Virus record (IMG/VR): IMGVR_UViG_3300021085_000017
Coordinates: 28,116-92,115 of that record
Length of the DNA: 64,000 nt
Reading direction: 5' to 3' (one strand)
Source: a virus
The position numbers and the translations under genes were made by a program. The notes beneath the pieces were generated by a model that was given only the letters and a program-made list of their open reading frames with translations, ran no database searches and had not been told where the DNA came from. This document shows positions 6,292-16,196 of this stretch, one piece after another. The first letter of the stretch is position 1. The number at the start of each line of letters is the position of its first letter.

Positions 6292-8076
6292 CTATTTGTT
6301 GTACATGGCGCTTTCTTCTTCATGTGAAAAACTTGTAAAGCCATTTTCTTTTATTACATTAAGGACACTTTCTACTCTTCCTTGTAATTCGTCTTTGTGT
6401 GAAATCAGATACACACTTCTATTTCCATCTCTTGCCATTTTCTTAAGAATACCAAGTGATGATTCTACTCCGTTTGTATCCATGCCACTATCTATCAATT
6501 CGTCTACAAATAAGACGTTTATTGTGCTGTATAATGACTCGAATATGTCACGGAAACTCCAACTTAGACCTAAAATAAGTCTATTTCTTTCACCTCTACT
6601 TAAGTTATCAAAGTCTAAGTCACGACCTAATTCAGTAATTTCTACTGTTAAATCACTCTGGAATACAACATCATGTGGTAATCCTAACTTATCTAAGTAG
6701 TATGCTAACCTAGAATTTAAGTAACTTAAGTTCTGGTCTATAATCTTTTTACGAATAAAACTATCTTTGTTAGTTAGCAATTTCAACAAGAAGTCTTGGT
6801 GTTCTAGCAAAGAAACTAAAGAATTCATATGACCATAGTCTACATCTTCTAATGCACTATCACGCATATCTGCAATCTGGTCAGCATATGGGTCTTCAGT
6901 ATTTTTATTCAATTCAATTTGTTCTGCCAATTTTTCCACAGAATTTTGATGTTCATATGCATCAGATAATGTAGAGTAAAATGTTTTAGGTTTCTCACCA
7001 ATACTACCAATACTCTCAACTAAACTGTTATGTTCTTTGAGTGATGCTTCATTTGTTTTAATCTGTTCTACTGCTTCGTTCTTTAGTGAAGTCTTACTTG
7101 AAAGAATTTCGCCTTGTTTTTCATCGTGGATATCTTGACCACAAGAATGGCATTTATGCTCTTCAATAAGTTTTATTTCACCATCTAAGCGTTCAATAAG
7201 TTTAGACTGCTTAGTGTTATCTGCTTCGATACTAGTAATCCAAGATGTTGCTTGGTTCTTAGCAGTTAAGTTTTCATTGTAAGTTACAAGTAAAGCATGT
7301 TGTTCTAATTCGTTCTTAATGTCTACATGAGATAATGAATCAAGTGCGGTCTCTAATGCTTCTAAGTCTGTAGATAGTTTGCTACTCCAAACTTTCTGTC
7401 TACGTTCAATATCTTTGATACTCTTTAGAATACGAGCATTGGTGTCTTCTTTACCTTTAAGTGAATATTCTTCTTCTTTAATTTGCTCTTTTGTATTCTT
7501 TGAAATCTCTTTAAGTTTATCTGCTTTACGAGAGAGTTCTGTGATACCTAATAGTTCTTCAATCAACTCTCTTTGGTCACCTGCTTTTAGTGACAAGAAA
7601 GGTTCAGTGTATGTGTTTAGTGCAACAATGTGTTTGAACATTGAATGAGAAAGACCAATAACATTTTCTACTTCTACTTGAGTCATTCGCATTTCGCCTT
7701 GACCAGCGTTTTCAATATCGTTGTCGCCAAGTTCCATGCCATCTCTTAAGAAATGAAATACATTCGGTGAACGACCACGTTCAATACGATAATCATTTCC
7801 GTTGTATGCGAAATCAACTGTGACCATCATGCCTTTGCCGTTAGTCTTGTTGATTAGGTTGTTCTGCTTAATGTTTGTAAGTGCTTTACCATATAGTCCA
7901 TATGATAGTGCATTGATTAAAGTGGTCTTACCAGTTCCGTTACGAGAACCATCACCACCTAAATCGACATTATTGCCCAAGACTAAAGTTAGTTCATCTT
8001 GGTTCAGATTAACAGCCTGTGTGACATTACCCACACTCATAAAATTTCTTATTGTTATGTTCTTAATTGTTAACAA
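6292..8076 (-). CDS. gp46: Recombination ATPase, T4 gp46/SbcC/Rad50-like
   Basis: Walker A RNGTGKTT, CHSC zinc hook, LSRGE signature, LFVDE Walker B, ISH. Confidence 0.92.
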   Translation of the reverse strand: MLTIKNITIRNFMSVGNVTQAVNLNQDELTLVLGNNVDLGGDGSRNGTGKTTLINALSYGLYGKALTNIKQNNLINKTNGKGMMVTVDFAYNGNDYRIERGRSPNVFHFLRDGMELGDNDIENAGQGEMRMTQVEVENVIGLSHSMFKHIVALNTYTEPFLSLKAGDQRELIEELLGITELSRKADKLKEISKNTKEQIKEEEYSLKGKEDTNARILKSIKDIERRQKVWSSKLSTDLEALETALDSLSHVDIKNELEQHALLVTYNENLTAKNQATSWITSIEADNTKQSKLIERLDGEIKLIEEHKCHSCGQDIHDEKQGEILSSKTSLKNEAVEQIKTNEASLKEHNSLVESIGSIGEKPKTFYSTLSDAYEHQNSVEKLAEQIELNKNTEDPYADQIADMRDSALEDVDYGHMNSLVSLLEHQDFLLKLLTNKDSFIRKKIIDQNLSYLNSRLAYYLDKLGLPHDVVFQSDLTVEITELGRDLDFDNLSRGERNRLILGLSWSFRDIFESLYSTINVLFVDELIDSGMDTNGVESSLGILKKMARDGNRSVYLISHKDELQGRVESVLNVIKENGFTSFSHEEESAMYNK

Positions 8077-8078
8077 AC

Positions 8079-8675
8079 TTATACCTCTCTTGCGTAAGTT
8101 CCTAATTGTATTGGGTCAATCGATAATTCGTTGACATTAATATATTCTGGTTGATTGATTGTCCAAACGACTAACTCTGCGATGTACTCAACATCAATCA
8201 ATTTTCTGTCAGGATGTTTTTTCATTACACTTGTTGTTGTTAAACTTCCTGGTGAAATTAGTGTTGTTTTAATATTACTGCCACCCATTGCTTTATAAGT
8301 TAAGTCTCTATTGTAAGCCTTGAGTGCTTTCTTTTCTGTTGGATATCTCCAAGTTCTTCCTTTTACTCCCGTATCAGCAGTAGAACCTATGTTTATAATA
8401 TGTCCTTTTCTATCTGCTTCTTCCATAGCATTGAATACACATTCAACAATCATAACTTGTTGAAACTTCCAAATGGCAGAGTTGTTAATAAAGATATCAA
8501 AGTTGCCTTCAATATAATATTCTGCAAGTTTTCTCTGGCCTTCAGAAGTATCTAAGTGATAACCATTACTTCTACTGGCTGTTTCATATTCGATATCGGG
8601 CATTGTGTCAAATAGATTGCACATAGCCTCGCATAAGCCGTACTTACGACTTCCTGTGATTAGTATCTTTCTCAT
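8079..8675 (-). CDS. Short-chain dehydrogenase/reductase
   Basis: ILITG, DIFINNS, IINIGS, YPTEK (YxxxK), ISPG. Confidence 0.8.
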   Translation of the reverse strand: MRKILITGSRKYGLCEAMCNLFDTMPDIEYETASRSNGYHLDTSEGQRKLAEYYIEGNFDIFINNSAIWKFQQVMIVECVFNAMEEADRKGHIINIGSTADTGVKGRTWRYPTEKKALKAYNRDLTYKAMGGSNIKTTLISPGSLTTTSVMKKHPDRKLIDVEYIAELVVWTINQPEYINVNELSIDPIQLGTYAREV

Positions 8676-9691
8676 AAGTTGTTGTATATTTCTATAAGTA
8701 TGTTCTTGTCAAAACTGCCGCTACTATCTAATGATGCTAATTGTGATACTACAATTTCATCTATTGTCTCAAAGTGAATTTCAGCACCAGTGTCATTTTC
8801 ATGTTCATTGCTTTTAACTGGCACTAATGTTACGTCTCGTAACTTGTATGTTTCTACAAATGTATCCTTAATAAAGTTTGCTTCTTCATAAGAAATATCG
8901 ATATCTAGTGTTATCTTTACTGATGTTTTAGGTAATAGATATTTGTCTGGACCATCTAATAGTTTTGATAACGCAATTGTTCTGTATTTTGGTGCGTCTT
9001 TCCAAGTGAAGAACTCTGGTTCTTTATCCCACTCTAAGTACATCCAACCTCTATCATCATCCCAATTATCTGAGAAGTTATGAGGGAATGCATTACCAAT
9101 ATAAATTACATTGTCTTTTACTTGACGTTGATGAAAGTGTCCAGTGAACACATAATCTTGGTTCTTAAACATACTGCCTTTAAGACCACCGTGGTCAGGC
9201 ATTTCAATCATTGCATTGAGTTTGAATGTAGGTAACTCTAAATGACTAAAGATGTACTTTGTCTTTATCTTAGGAATTTTCTTCCATTCATCACCGACTA
9301 ACCATGGCACAATAGCGACATCACCTTCAATAAGTGTGTCACGTACTAATACAATGTTAGGCAAATCATCAATGAATTCCATTGAGTTTACGTCACGTGT
9401 TTCACGGTAGAATAAATCGTGGTTGCCTAGAATAACATAAACTTTTTCAAATGCCGCACTAAGTCTACGAAGACCAGCAAGACTGTATTTCATTGTTGAT
9501 ATGTTTAGACTTGACCGATTATGATGCCAGTCGCCTAAGAATATACAAGTTTCGCAATCTCTTTTCTTTGCGTCCTCGATAAACCAATCAACGAAATCTA
9601 AACAATCTTCGTTGTGTTGTTTCGCATTGTTCTTCATACCCCAATGGATATCTGTAAAACATGCGGCTTTTTTGAATAGATTATTAGTCAT
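8672..9691 (-). CDS. gp47: Recombination nuclease, T4 gp47/SbcD/Mre11-like
   Basis: DIHWG, GDWHH, GNHD, GHFH metallophosphoesterase motifs; start moved to MTNNLF. Confidence 0.92.
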   Translation of the reverse strand: MTNNLFKKAACFTDIHWGMKNNAKQHNEDCLDFVDWFIEDAKKRDCETCIFLGDWHHNRSSLNISTMKYSLAGLRRLSAAFEKVYVILGNHDLFYRETRDVNSMEFIDDLPNIVLVRDTLIEGDVAIVPWLVGDEWKKIPKIKTKYIFSHLELPTFKLNAMIEMPDHGGLKGSMFKNQDYVFTGHFHQRQVKDNVIYIGNAFPHNFSDNWDDDRGWMYLEWDKEPEFFTWKDAPKYRTIALSKLLDGPDKYLLPKTSVKITLDIDISYEEANFIKDTFVETYKLRDVTLVPVKSNEHENDTGAEIHFETIDEIVVSQLASLDSSGSFDKNILIEIYNNL

Positions 9692-10553
9692 TGTCGGCAT
9701 AAATCTCTTTAATGGTTTCTGTTGGAATAGCATCGTCTGTAATTTTTGTTTTTACGACTTTCTGCCAACGCTCCTGAGATTTCATTTCGTGTGCCAATTG
9801 TCTTGTCCAACTTGGCGCCTGTCCTGCTTTTTCGAGCAAGTCATCACGTATGCCTTGATTTTTCTTTTCTATGTTAAGAACACGAGTGAATGAATTGTTC
9901 ACTACTGTTGTGTAGTAAGCAAATGGATTATCACTCTTGTCTTCGTTAAATTGTAATCCAATTTGTGCTAATTGTAGCAACGCTTGACCACGCATCTCAT
10001 CGATGTATGTGTATCCACGCCAATTAGAACGCTGAGAGTATCTTTCTACTAGTTTGATATACATTGTCGCCAAAATAGCAGTAATCTTACCAGCACCTAA
10101 ATCAAATTCTTTATCTTTGTTATAGTGTGAGATACCCACTTCGTTGATTTTTCCATCTACAAATGTATAGTGCTTGAACGCTGGAAATGGCAATTTTACT
10201 TTACGGTCAGCAACAGTTTTAGGATTGGCTTTGCGTCCAGGTTCATCTGGTATATGCTCAAATGTCATTACACGAAATACAATTTCATCTTCGGTAAAAG
10301 AAGTAGGGTCAACTTCAAAGTCAACTTGTTTCTTTTTCTTGTCTTCGTTTGCATCCCAAGCCAATTTTTGTAATCGTTTTGCTTTGTTTTGTCTTGCCTG
10401 TTCTACAGAATCAGCGATTTCTTTAGTTGAATACAGAATAATATCATGCTGATGGTGTTTGTCCCTATCTTCAAACCAAGAATAGTTTGACTTAGAAATA
10501 TGTATTTGTTTCAACATATCCTTGTTATTTAAATAGTTTTGTCTTCTTGCCAT
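9684..10553 (-). CDS. gp55: Late transcription sigma factor, T4 gp55-like
   Basis: NYLNNKDML, RSNWRGYTYIDEM, FNEDKSDNPFAYYT; 55-47-46 synteny. Confidence 0.85.
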   Translation of the reverse strand: MARRQNYLNNKDMLKQIHISKSNYSWFEDRDKHHQHDIILYSTKEIADSVEQARQNKAKRLQKLAWDANEDKKKKQVDFEVDPTSFTEDEIVFRVMTFEHIPDEPGRKANPKTVADRKVKLPFPAFKHYTFVDGKINEVGISHYNKDKEFDLGAGKITAILATMYIKLVERYSQRSNWRGYTYIDEMRGQALLQLAQIGLQFNEDKSDNPFAYYTTVVNNSFTRVLNIEKKNQGIRDDLLEKAGQAPSWTRQLAHEMKSQERWQKVVKTKITDDAIPTETIKEIYADND

Positions 10554-10579
10554 AGTGTATTTCTCCTAATTTAATACCA

Positions 10580-10609
10580 ATTATAACACATATAGTTGAC
10601 CTATGTCAA
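10580..10609 (-). promoter_or_regulatory. sigma70 promoter of gp55
   Basis: TTGACA-18 bp-TATAAT with TG extension; TTGAC-CTAT-GTCAA palindrome overlaps the -35. Confidence 0.75.
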
Positions 10610-10648
10610 GTGTTAATACATTATATATAGAAAAAATGCACAAATACC

Positions 10649-10678
10649 AAAAGTTCGTAGATAATACAACGATAAATA
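10649..10678 (+). promoter_or_regulatory. Late-type promoter of baseplate operon
   Basis: AAAAGTTCGTAG...GATAAATA (10671-10678). Confidence 0.6.
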
Positions 10679-10705
10679 CTGTTATAATGATTTAGGAGTA
10701 AAGTT

Positions 10706-11326
10706 ATGGCAACCCCATATTATACAAAACAACCAGTATATCTGAAAGACCCGAGTGGTAGATTCTCTAATATTTTGAGAAGCAGTGAACCATTAGTGGG
10801 TGATGCCGCTAAAAGGGCAATGAGGACTAACAAAGACACAATATTGAATTTTCCTTTTACTCCTACAATATCAGTAATTCAAAGTGCAAACTATAATCAA
10901 TATGATTTTGACCATTCAAACTTTCAACAACGAACATTTGTTAGTCATTCGAACATGGATTTAAACGTCACTGCACCAATGCTTGTCAGAAGTGAAGAAG
11001 AGGCAGAATATGTTTATAATGCCGCAGTGTGGCTTAGAAGTACAATGAAAATGTCATGGAAAAATGATGACAATCCTGGTTTGCCACCGCCTATTTTGCG
11101 TTTCTATTCTCATGGAATATATGAGAATGTTCCGTGTGTCGTTAGAGACTTTACTTGGAACTTAGATGCTGACATAGATTATGTTGAAACCGCAGGTGGT
11201 ATGAGAGTACCAGTTATGAACACATTTGTTCTATCATTATCTGTTACACATTCTCCTAAAAGTATAAGAGAATTTAGTGTTAAAGACTATCTTGCAGGAA
11301 ATTTAAAGGACCAAGGTTATGTATAA
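10706..11326 (+). CDS. Baseplate/tail-tube initiator (gp48/gp54-like)
   Basis: FPFTPTI, PGLPPPILRF, NVPCVVRDF, DIDY motifs; context. Confidence 0.6.
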   Translation: MATPYYTKQPVYLKDPSGRFSNILRSSEPLVGDAAKRAMRTNKDTILNFPFTPTISVIQSANYNQYDFDHSNFQQRTFVSHSNMDLNVTAPMLVRSEEEAEYVYNAAVWLRSTMKMSWKNDDNPGLPPPILRFYSHGIYENVPCVVRDFTWNLDADIDYVETAGGMRVPVMNTFVLSLSVTHSPKSIREFSVKDYLAGNLKDQGYV

Positions 11327-11609
11327 AGAAAACTCGCCATGGAATAAAACTTCAATAATCGATAATACTGTATTAGACATTATGAACAAGAGAATTTTAT
11401 TTCCTGACCCAAACGATGAGGTATATGTCATACCACAAGAGTTTGATGAAAGACCTGATTTGTGTAGTTATGAAATGTATGGAACTGCAAAGTACTGGTG
11501 GATTTTTGCCGTAAGAAACTCTAATGATATCGAAGACCCGATTAGAGACTTCTCAGCAGGAAAAACTATTAGACTACCAACAATAGAAAATATTGAGAAT
11601 ATGGTGTAA
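11319..11609 (+). CDS. Baseplate wedge subunit gp53-like (LysM-like)
   Basis: RPDLCSYEMYGTAKYWWIFAVRN...DPIRDF..G..IRLP. Confidence 0.8.
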   Translation: MYKENSPWNKTSIIDNTVLDIMNKRILFPDPNDEVYVIPQEFDERPDLCSYEMYGTAKYWWIFAVRNSNDIEDPIRDFSAGKTIRLPTIENIENMV

Positions 11610-11614
11610 TTAAC

Positions 11615-14600
11615 ATGAGTGGTTTAAAAAAGTTAGCAGAACAATACAACTATCTTTATAATGAATTAGATGAATTTGATTCTTACACTTATTCATTAGA
11701 ATGGTTTGTTGCTGACAAGAAAAGTACTAGAGAGTTTCAATTACAAGAGGCAGCATTAGCAAAGACTATTGCTAATAATGGTTGGCCGACGACCACAGAT
11801 AACGTAATCACAATAGCAAAAACTGGATATACAACAGAATTCAATGTAACTGATTTAACAGTTGAGGCTGTTGGTGTTGGAAATTCTAATTATAGTAAAA
11901 TAGCAGGTACAGCCACTAAACTAGAATTCACTTGTACACAAGTTGGAAATACTAGTCTAGCAGAAACCCTACAGACTGCGGTAGCATTATGTGGATATGT
12001 TTCTATATCAGATGCTTCTTACTTTATGAAGATTAATTTTATAGGTTACGCAAACGGTGTACCAAAAACTTTAAATCAGACAAAAGTTATTCCATTCAAA
12101 ATCAGAGACTACCAAAATATAAACACATCCACAGATGTTAGAGGAACTACTACTGTTCTAAATGGTACAGTTCTTGCTGATACTGTTGTAATGAATTCAG
12201 ATGTTTCATTGTCCGAATTTAAGTTTACCTACAATAGAGATAAAACACTAGAGAAATGTTTGAACAACTTTTTTAAGATGCTAAACACCGAAATACATGA
12301 AAATAATAACACACAATTAGGTTCTAATCTTAAACATTCTTACAAGTACACATTTTCAGAAAAGTTCAAACGTGAATTTGGCTCAGGAAGTATGGAAGGT
12401 ATTGACGATAACGTACAAAAAGACATGACACCAAAGGGCACAAATGATGCAGTTGAAATAGGTACAGTTAAGTCAGGTCAGGCTATTTACTCTACGATAG
12501 AAGAAATATGTCACGTTTCTGAAAAACTTAGAAATGAAATGATAACAGATAACGCAGGATATACTAAAGTTCTGAATATTACTCCTTATATTGTATTAAA
12601 AGAAAATGGATTTAATCCAATAAAAGGTACACAATCATATGAGGTAGAATATTTTATTGACTATACCCTTAGACTAGTTGAACAAAATATGCCAGATTAT
12701 TTTACAAAGACAAAAAATAATGAGAAAAATACTAGAAAGATATTTGATGACGGACATGTTAACAAATATTATAATTTCTTATTCACTGGTAAAAATGACC
12801 AAATCATAGATTTTAATATCTCATTAGATGCAGAATTGATAAAAGTCTTTACATCTCCAAATGATGTATGGTCATATGAAGATTATAAGAAAAATAATGA
12901 CACTAGTGTTTTTATAACAAAAGAACAAGAGGCTTTAATAGAGAAAGCACAAGCAGACTTTGAAGAATCAAGTAGAGTGTTCAGTGAAAAAGAAGTTAGT
13001 TTTAATGCAATCAATACTCGAAATAAGGATTTTGTAGATGACTCTAAAACAAAAATCTTATCAGAGATAGCGAATTCGACAGACGAAATGTCAGCACAAG
13101 ATGTTGAAGATAAATTCGGTGAGTATACATTAGAAGAAATTTTTAGAGAGTTTGGAATTAAAGAACCGCCTGCAGTAGAGGTTCAGCAATCTGGTAGAAA
13201 AGGTCCAAATCCTAAGAGACTTAGAATGATTGGAGATTTAGACGTACAAAAAATATGGGCTAACAAAAAATCACTTGACTTTGCAATTAAAAAAGCACGT
13301 GAGGCATATGAAGCGGCTAAGACAAATAAAACTACATTAAACAATGCATTTATTGGACTTCAGGAAGATGTCTATGCTAATCAACTTACTCAATTTTCAC
13401 CAGATACTCAAATAAATGAGAGTGACAATGTTTTCAGAGATATTAGAAGATTTCGCGGCCCACAAATCATATTAGCAGAAGAATTGGGCGATAATTATAT
13501 CACCACTACGACTGGCGAAGAATTTAAAAATATTCTTAAAGCACAGATGCAGAACCCTATAACATTTCAAAGGCTGATACAAAAGAAATCAAAAGGCGGA
13601 ATAACAACTCATAGTGAGGCAGAACCAACTGACTTGGCCCTTGCTAAAGAAAAGTACTATGAAACAAAAGCAGGCAGACTAAGTATGATTTACGCCCAGA
13701 TGACTATTAAGGGTGACCCTTATTGGTTAGAAGGACATATGCCACCAAAAACAAAAGATAAGATATACAACAGCACCGGAAAAGATGAAGGCGCAATCGG
13801 ATGGGCAGCCACAACATTTAATGGTTATCCTCATCTAGTTTTAGAATCTAATAAATCAAGTGGAGTAGACGAAAACGAAAATGTTAAAATAACTGGATTG
13901 GTAATGAGCCTTTATGCAGTTAGGTCTATAACAAGTTCTTTCAGCCAAGGAGTCTTTACTCAAGTATTAGATATGGTTAAAAACTCATCAGCAGAGTTTT
14001 TTCCAAAAACTGACGTTGAAGTTGTTGAAGAATTAGGTGATGGAGATGGAGCAATACGAGTAGTAGCAGGCACAGGCGCTGAAGGACCAGCCGGTGGTGC
14101 TGGTAACGGTAATGGTAATCTGTCTGGAACTGGTACAACAAAAGTGCCTCTTACCGCTGACCAACAACTTGCAGTAGATATGGCTTTATCAAATCATATG
14201 GAGAGAAATGATGGGTTCCCATTAGGTGGTGCTTATGGACTAGGAGTCAATAAAACTCCAAGTGATAATACATTTAAAAAGTTCGTGGGTGACGCATTCA
14301 CTACTATTGGCGAAACTGTTAGTGGTATATTCACTGAAGACCCAGAAGAAGTTGCGGAAGATATGATTGAAAATTCCGATGAACAGATGGAAATACTTGA
14401 TGAAGTTAATAATCCAACAGTAGAAGTGAATCCAACACAAAAACTAGGACAAATAAATCCAGACCTGCAACTCTTAGATAATACGAATCGTCAAAATCAA
14501 GCATTATTTTATTTAGAAAATGTTAAAGATATGAGAGCCGAATGTGCAGGTGGCAACCAGGCTGTATGTACACAACTACATAAAACTAAAGCAGATTTAC

Positions 14601-16195
14601 TAGCAACGCTTCCTCTAAATTTAACAGAAGCCGATGTTGGAAATCCAGCAACTATTACAGCAGTAGAAGATTATTTTAATGGAGTTATCGCTGATGGTGA
14701 TACAAACGCAGACTTTAATCTTGGTTTACATGAGATAGCGGCATACGAGTATGCTCTTGGTGGAAAAATGTCCATAACTGGAAAAGATGACCAAGAGTTT
14801 CAGATTGACAGAATCGCAAAGAGTTTCTATGGAGAAAGAAACGCAGAAATAATAGTAGAAGAATTACAAAATGAAGAAATTGGCGAGTTGTGGTCATCAG
14901 TAGGACACAATGCTTTAATAAATGGCAAATCATCATTTGTTAACAGTGAGATGCCAGCAGTTGATATTGGTAATGTATCTGATAATAGTGATATAATAAA
15001 CGAATCTGTAAATGAAGCAAGGGTTTTTAATCCAGAGACAAGAAGACTTGAAATAGAAAAGATACAAACTGGAACTCTAACAGCGACAGAAACACAAGAT
15101 GTTAAGACGTTGAATGAAGAGATTAATAGTGTAATCAATGAGGCTATTGAAACATATCCAACAACGTGGCCGAGAGACTTCACGGGACAAGTTTTAGAAA
15201 AGAAACAAGAAGAGTGGTTTGAAAACAGTGCGACAGTCTTAGATGAAAAGATAAAAGAAGCAGGAATAACAGTATCTGAGGCCGAAAGAACAGAGATGCT
15301 TCAAAAGATTGCTGAAAAGATTAGCAATGAAGGCAGAATAAGTGTACTGTCAGACACAGAATTTAAAAAAGTTGAGGGGTATGCAACAGCAATTAATACT
15401 ATTAATAATAACTCTAAATTGGGTAACAGAGGAGTAGTAGCCGAAACAGTTATAGCAAACGAAACAGTCACTGAAATAGCAACATTAAAAAGTGAGCATG
15501 AAAATCTTGTGGCAAACATGTATCCCAATTTGGATCCTGTCACACTTAAAGCAGACATGGACAGAAAAAGAGAAATAGAATTACAAATTGCTGAAAAAGA
15601 ATTAGCATTATCGGTTGAAAGTGCATCATATATAAGAACTATACCAGGAGAAGCAGGCACATATACGCATGTTCCAATAATGGAACCTGTTAATAGTGGA
15701 GTTACTTCGGCAGAACGTTCATTTTTGAAACAAGAATCTACTGGTGAATTTGTTCTTATTCCACCATCCGATGCCACAAGTGACCAGTTAGCAATGTATA
15801 ATGCAACTACAAATCAAGCAGAGCAAATAAATCAAGCAAATGCGATATACGATGCTATGACTCAAAATGTACCACGATTTACGGGTACAGATGACTTTGG
15901 TCCATATGAAGTAAATGATTACAATAATTTAGCAGATATATCATATGTAGATGCAAATGGTGATACTCAGACAATTAAAAATCCTAGTAACGAATTTGGA
16001 CTATATACAAATAGTTATGATGAAATGTATCCTGGTGTTATTGCAGACCACGAGACATTGATGCAAGATATTGCAAAATTGTTTCCTGATGTTTATGCCG
16101 AAACGCCATCACCACCATCAACTTCAGATGGCGGACCGCTAAAGGTTATAATGACTGTACCAAAGTTTTATATAAAAGATAAAGAGAATAATTGA
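11615..16195 (+). CDS. Large baseplate hub protein with long acidic C-terminal extension
   Basis: YNFLFTGKNDQIIDFNI and MTIKGDPYWL...YAVRSITSSFSQGVFTQVLDM motifs; lies between gp53-like and gp5-like genes. Confidence 0.55.
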   Translation: MSGLKKLAEQYNYLYNELDEFDSYTYSLEWFVADKKSTREFQLQEAALAKTIANNGWPTTTDNVITIAKTGYTTEFNVTDLTVEAVGVGNSNYSKIAGTATKLEFTCTQVGNTSLAETLQTAVALCGYVSISDASYFMKINFIGYANGVPKTLNQTKVIPFKIRDYQNINTSTDVRGTTTVLNGTVLADTVVMNSDVSLSEFKFTYNRDKTLEKCLNNFFKMLNTEIHENNNTQLGSNLKHSYKYTFSEKFKREFGSGSMEGIDDNVQKDMTPKGTNDAVEIGTVKSGQAIYSTIEEICHVSEKLRNEMITDNAGYTKVLNITPYIVLKENGFNPIKGTQSYEVEYFIDYTLRLVEQNMPDYFTKTKNNEKNTRKIFDDGHVNKYYNFLFTGKNDQIIDFNISLDAELIKVFTSPNDVWSYEDYKKNNDTSVFITKEQEALIEKAQADFEESSRVFSEKEVSFNAINTRNKDFVDDSKTKILSEIANSTDEMSAQDVEDKFGEYTLEEIFREFGIKEPPAVEVQQSGRKGPNPKRLRMIGDLDVQKIWANKKSLDFAIKKAREAYEAAKTNKTTLNNAFIGLQEDVYANQLTQFSPDTQINESDNVFRDIRRFRGPQIILAEELGDNYITTTTGEEFKNILKAQMQNPITFQRLIQKKSKGGITTHSEAEPTDLALAKEKYYETKAGRLSMIYAQMTIKGDPYWLEGHMPPKTKDKIYNSTGKDEGAIGWAATTFNGYPHLVLESNKSSGVDENENVKITGLVMSLYAVRSITSSFSQGVFTQVLDMVKNSSAEFFPKTDVEVVEELGDGDGAIRVVAGTGAEGPAGGAGNGNGNLSGTGTTKVPLTADQQLAVDMALSNHMERNDGFPLGGAYGLGVNKTPSDNTFKKFVGDAFTTIGETVSGIFTEDPEEVAEDMIENSDEQMEILDEVNNPTVEVNPTQKLGQINPDLQLLDNTNRQNQALFYLENVKDMRAECAGGNQAVCTQLHKTKADLLATLPLNLTEADVGNPATITAVEDYFNGVIADGDTNADFNLGLHEIAAYEYALGGKMSITGKDDQEFQIDRIAKSFYGERNAEIIVEELQNEEIGELWSSVGHNALINGKSSFVNSEMPAVDIGNVSDNSDIINESVNEARVFNPETRRLEIEKIQTGTLTATETQDVKTLNEEINSVINEAIETYPTTWPRDFTGQVLEKKQEEWFENSATVLDEKIKEAGITVSEAERTEMLQKIAEKISNEGRISVLSDTEFKKVEGYATAINTINNNSKLGNRGVVAETVIANETVTEIATLKSEHENLVANMYPNLDPVTLKADMDRKREIELQIAEKELALSVESASYIRTIPGEAGTYTHVPIMEPVNSGVTSAERSFLKQESTGEFVLIPPSDATSDQLAMYNATTNQAEQINQANAIYDAMTQNVPRFTGTDDFGPYEVNDYNNLADISYVDANGDTQTIKNPSNEFGLYTNSYDEMYPGVIADHETLMQDIAKLFPDVYAETPSPPSTSDGGPLKVIMTVPKFYIKDKENN

Positions 16196-16196
16196 C

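Noticed and set aside
6113-6700. 195-aa + strand ORF and other long antisense ORFs (e.g. 882..1418, 15301..15777, 41409..41882, 63298..63887)
   Set aside because: Shadows of well-supported genes on the opposite strand
9692-9733. Extended starts from the ORF track (gp47 9733; also 38360, 47258, 54177)
   Set aside because: Overlap upstream genes; downstream ATGs with SD or stop-start coupling fit better
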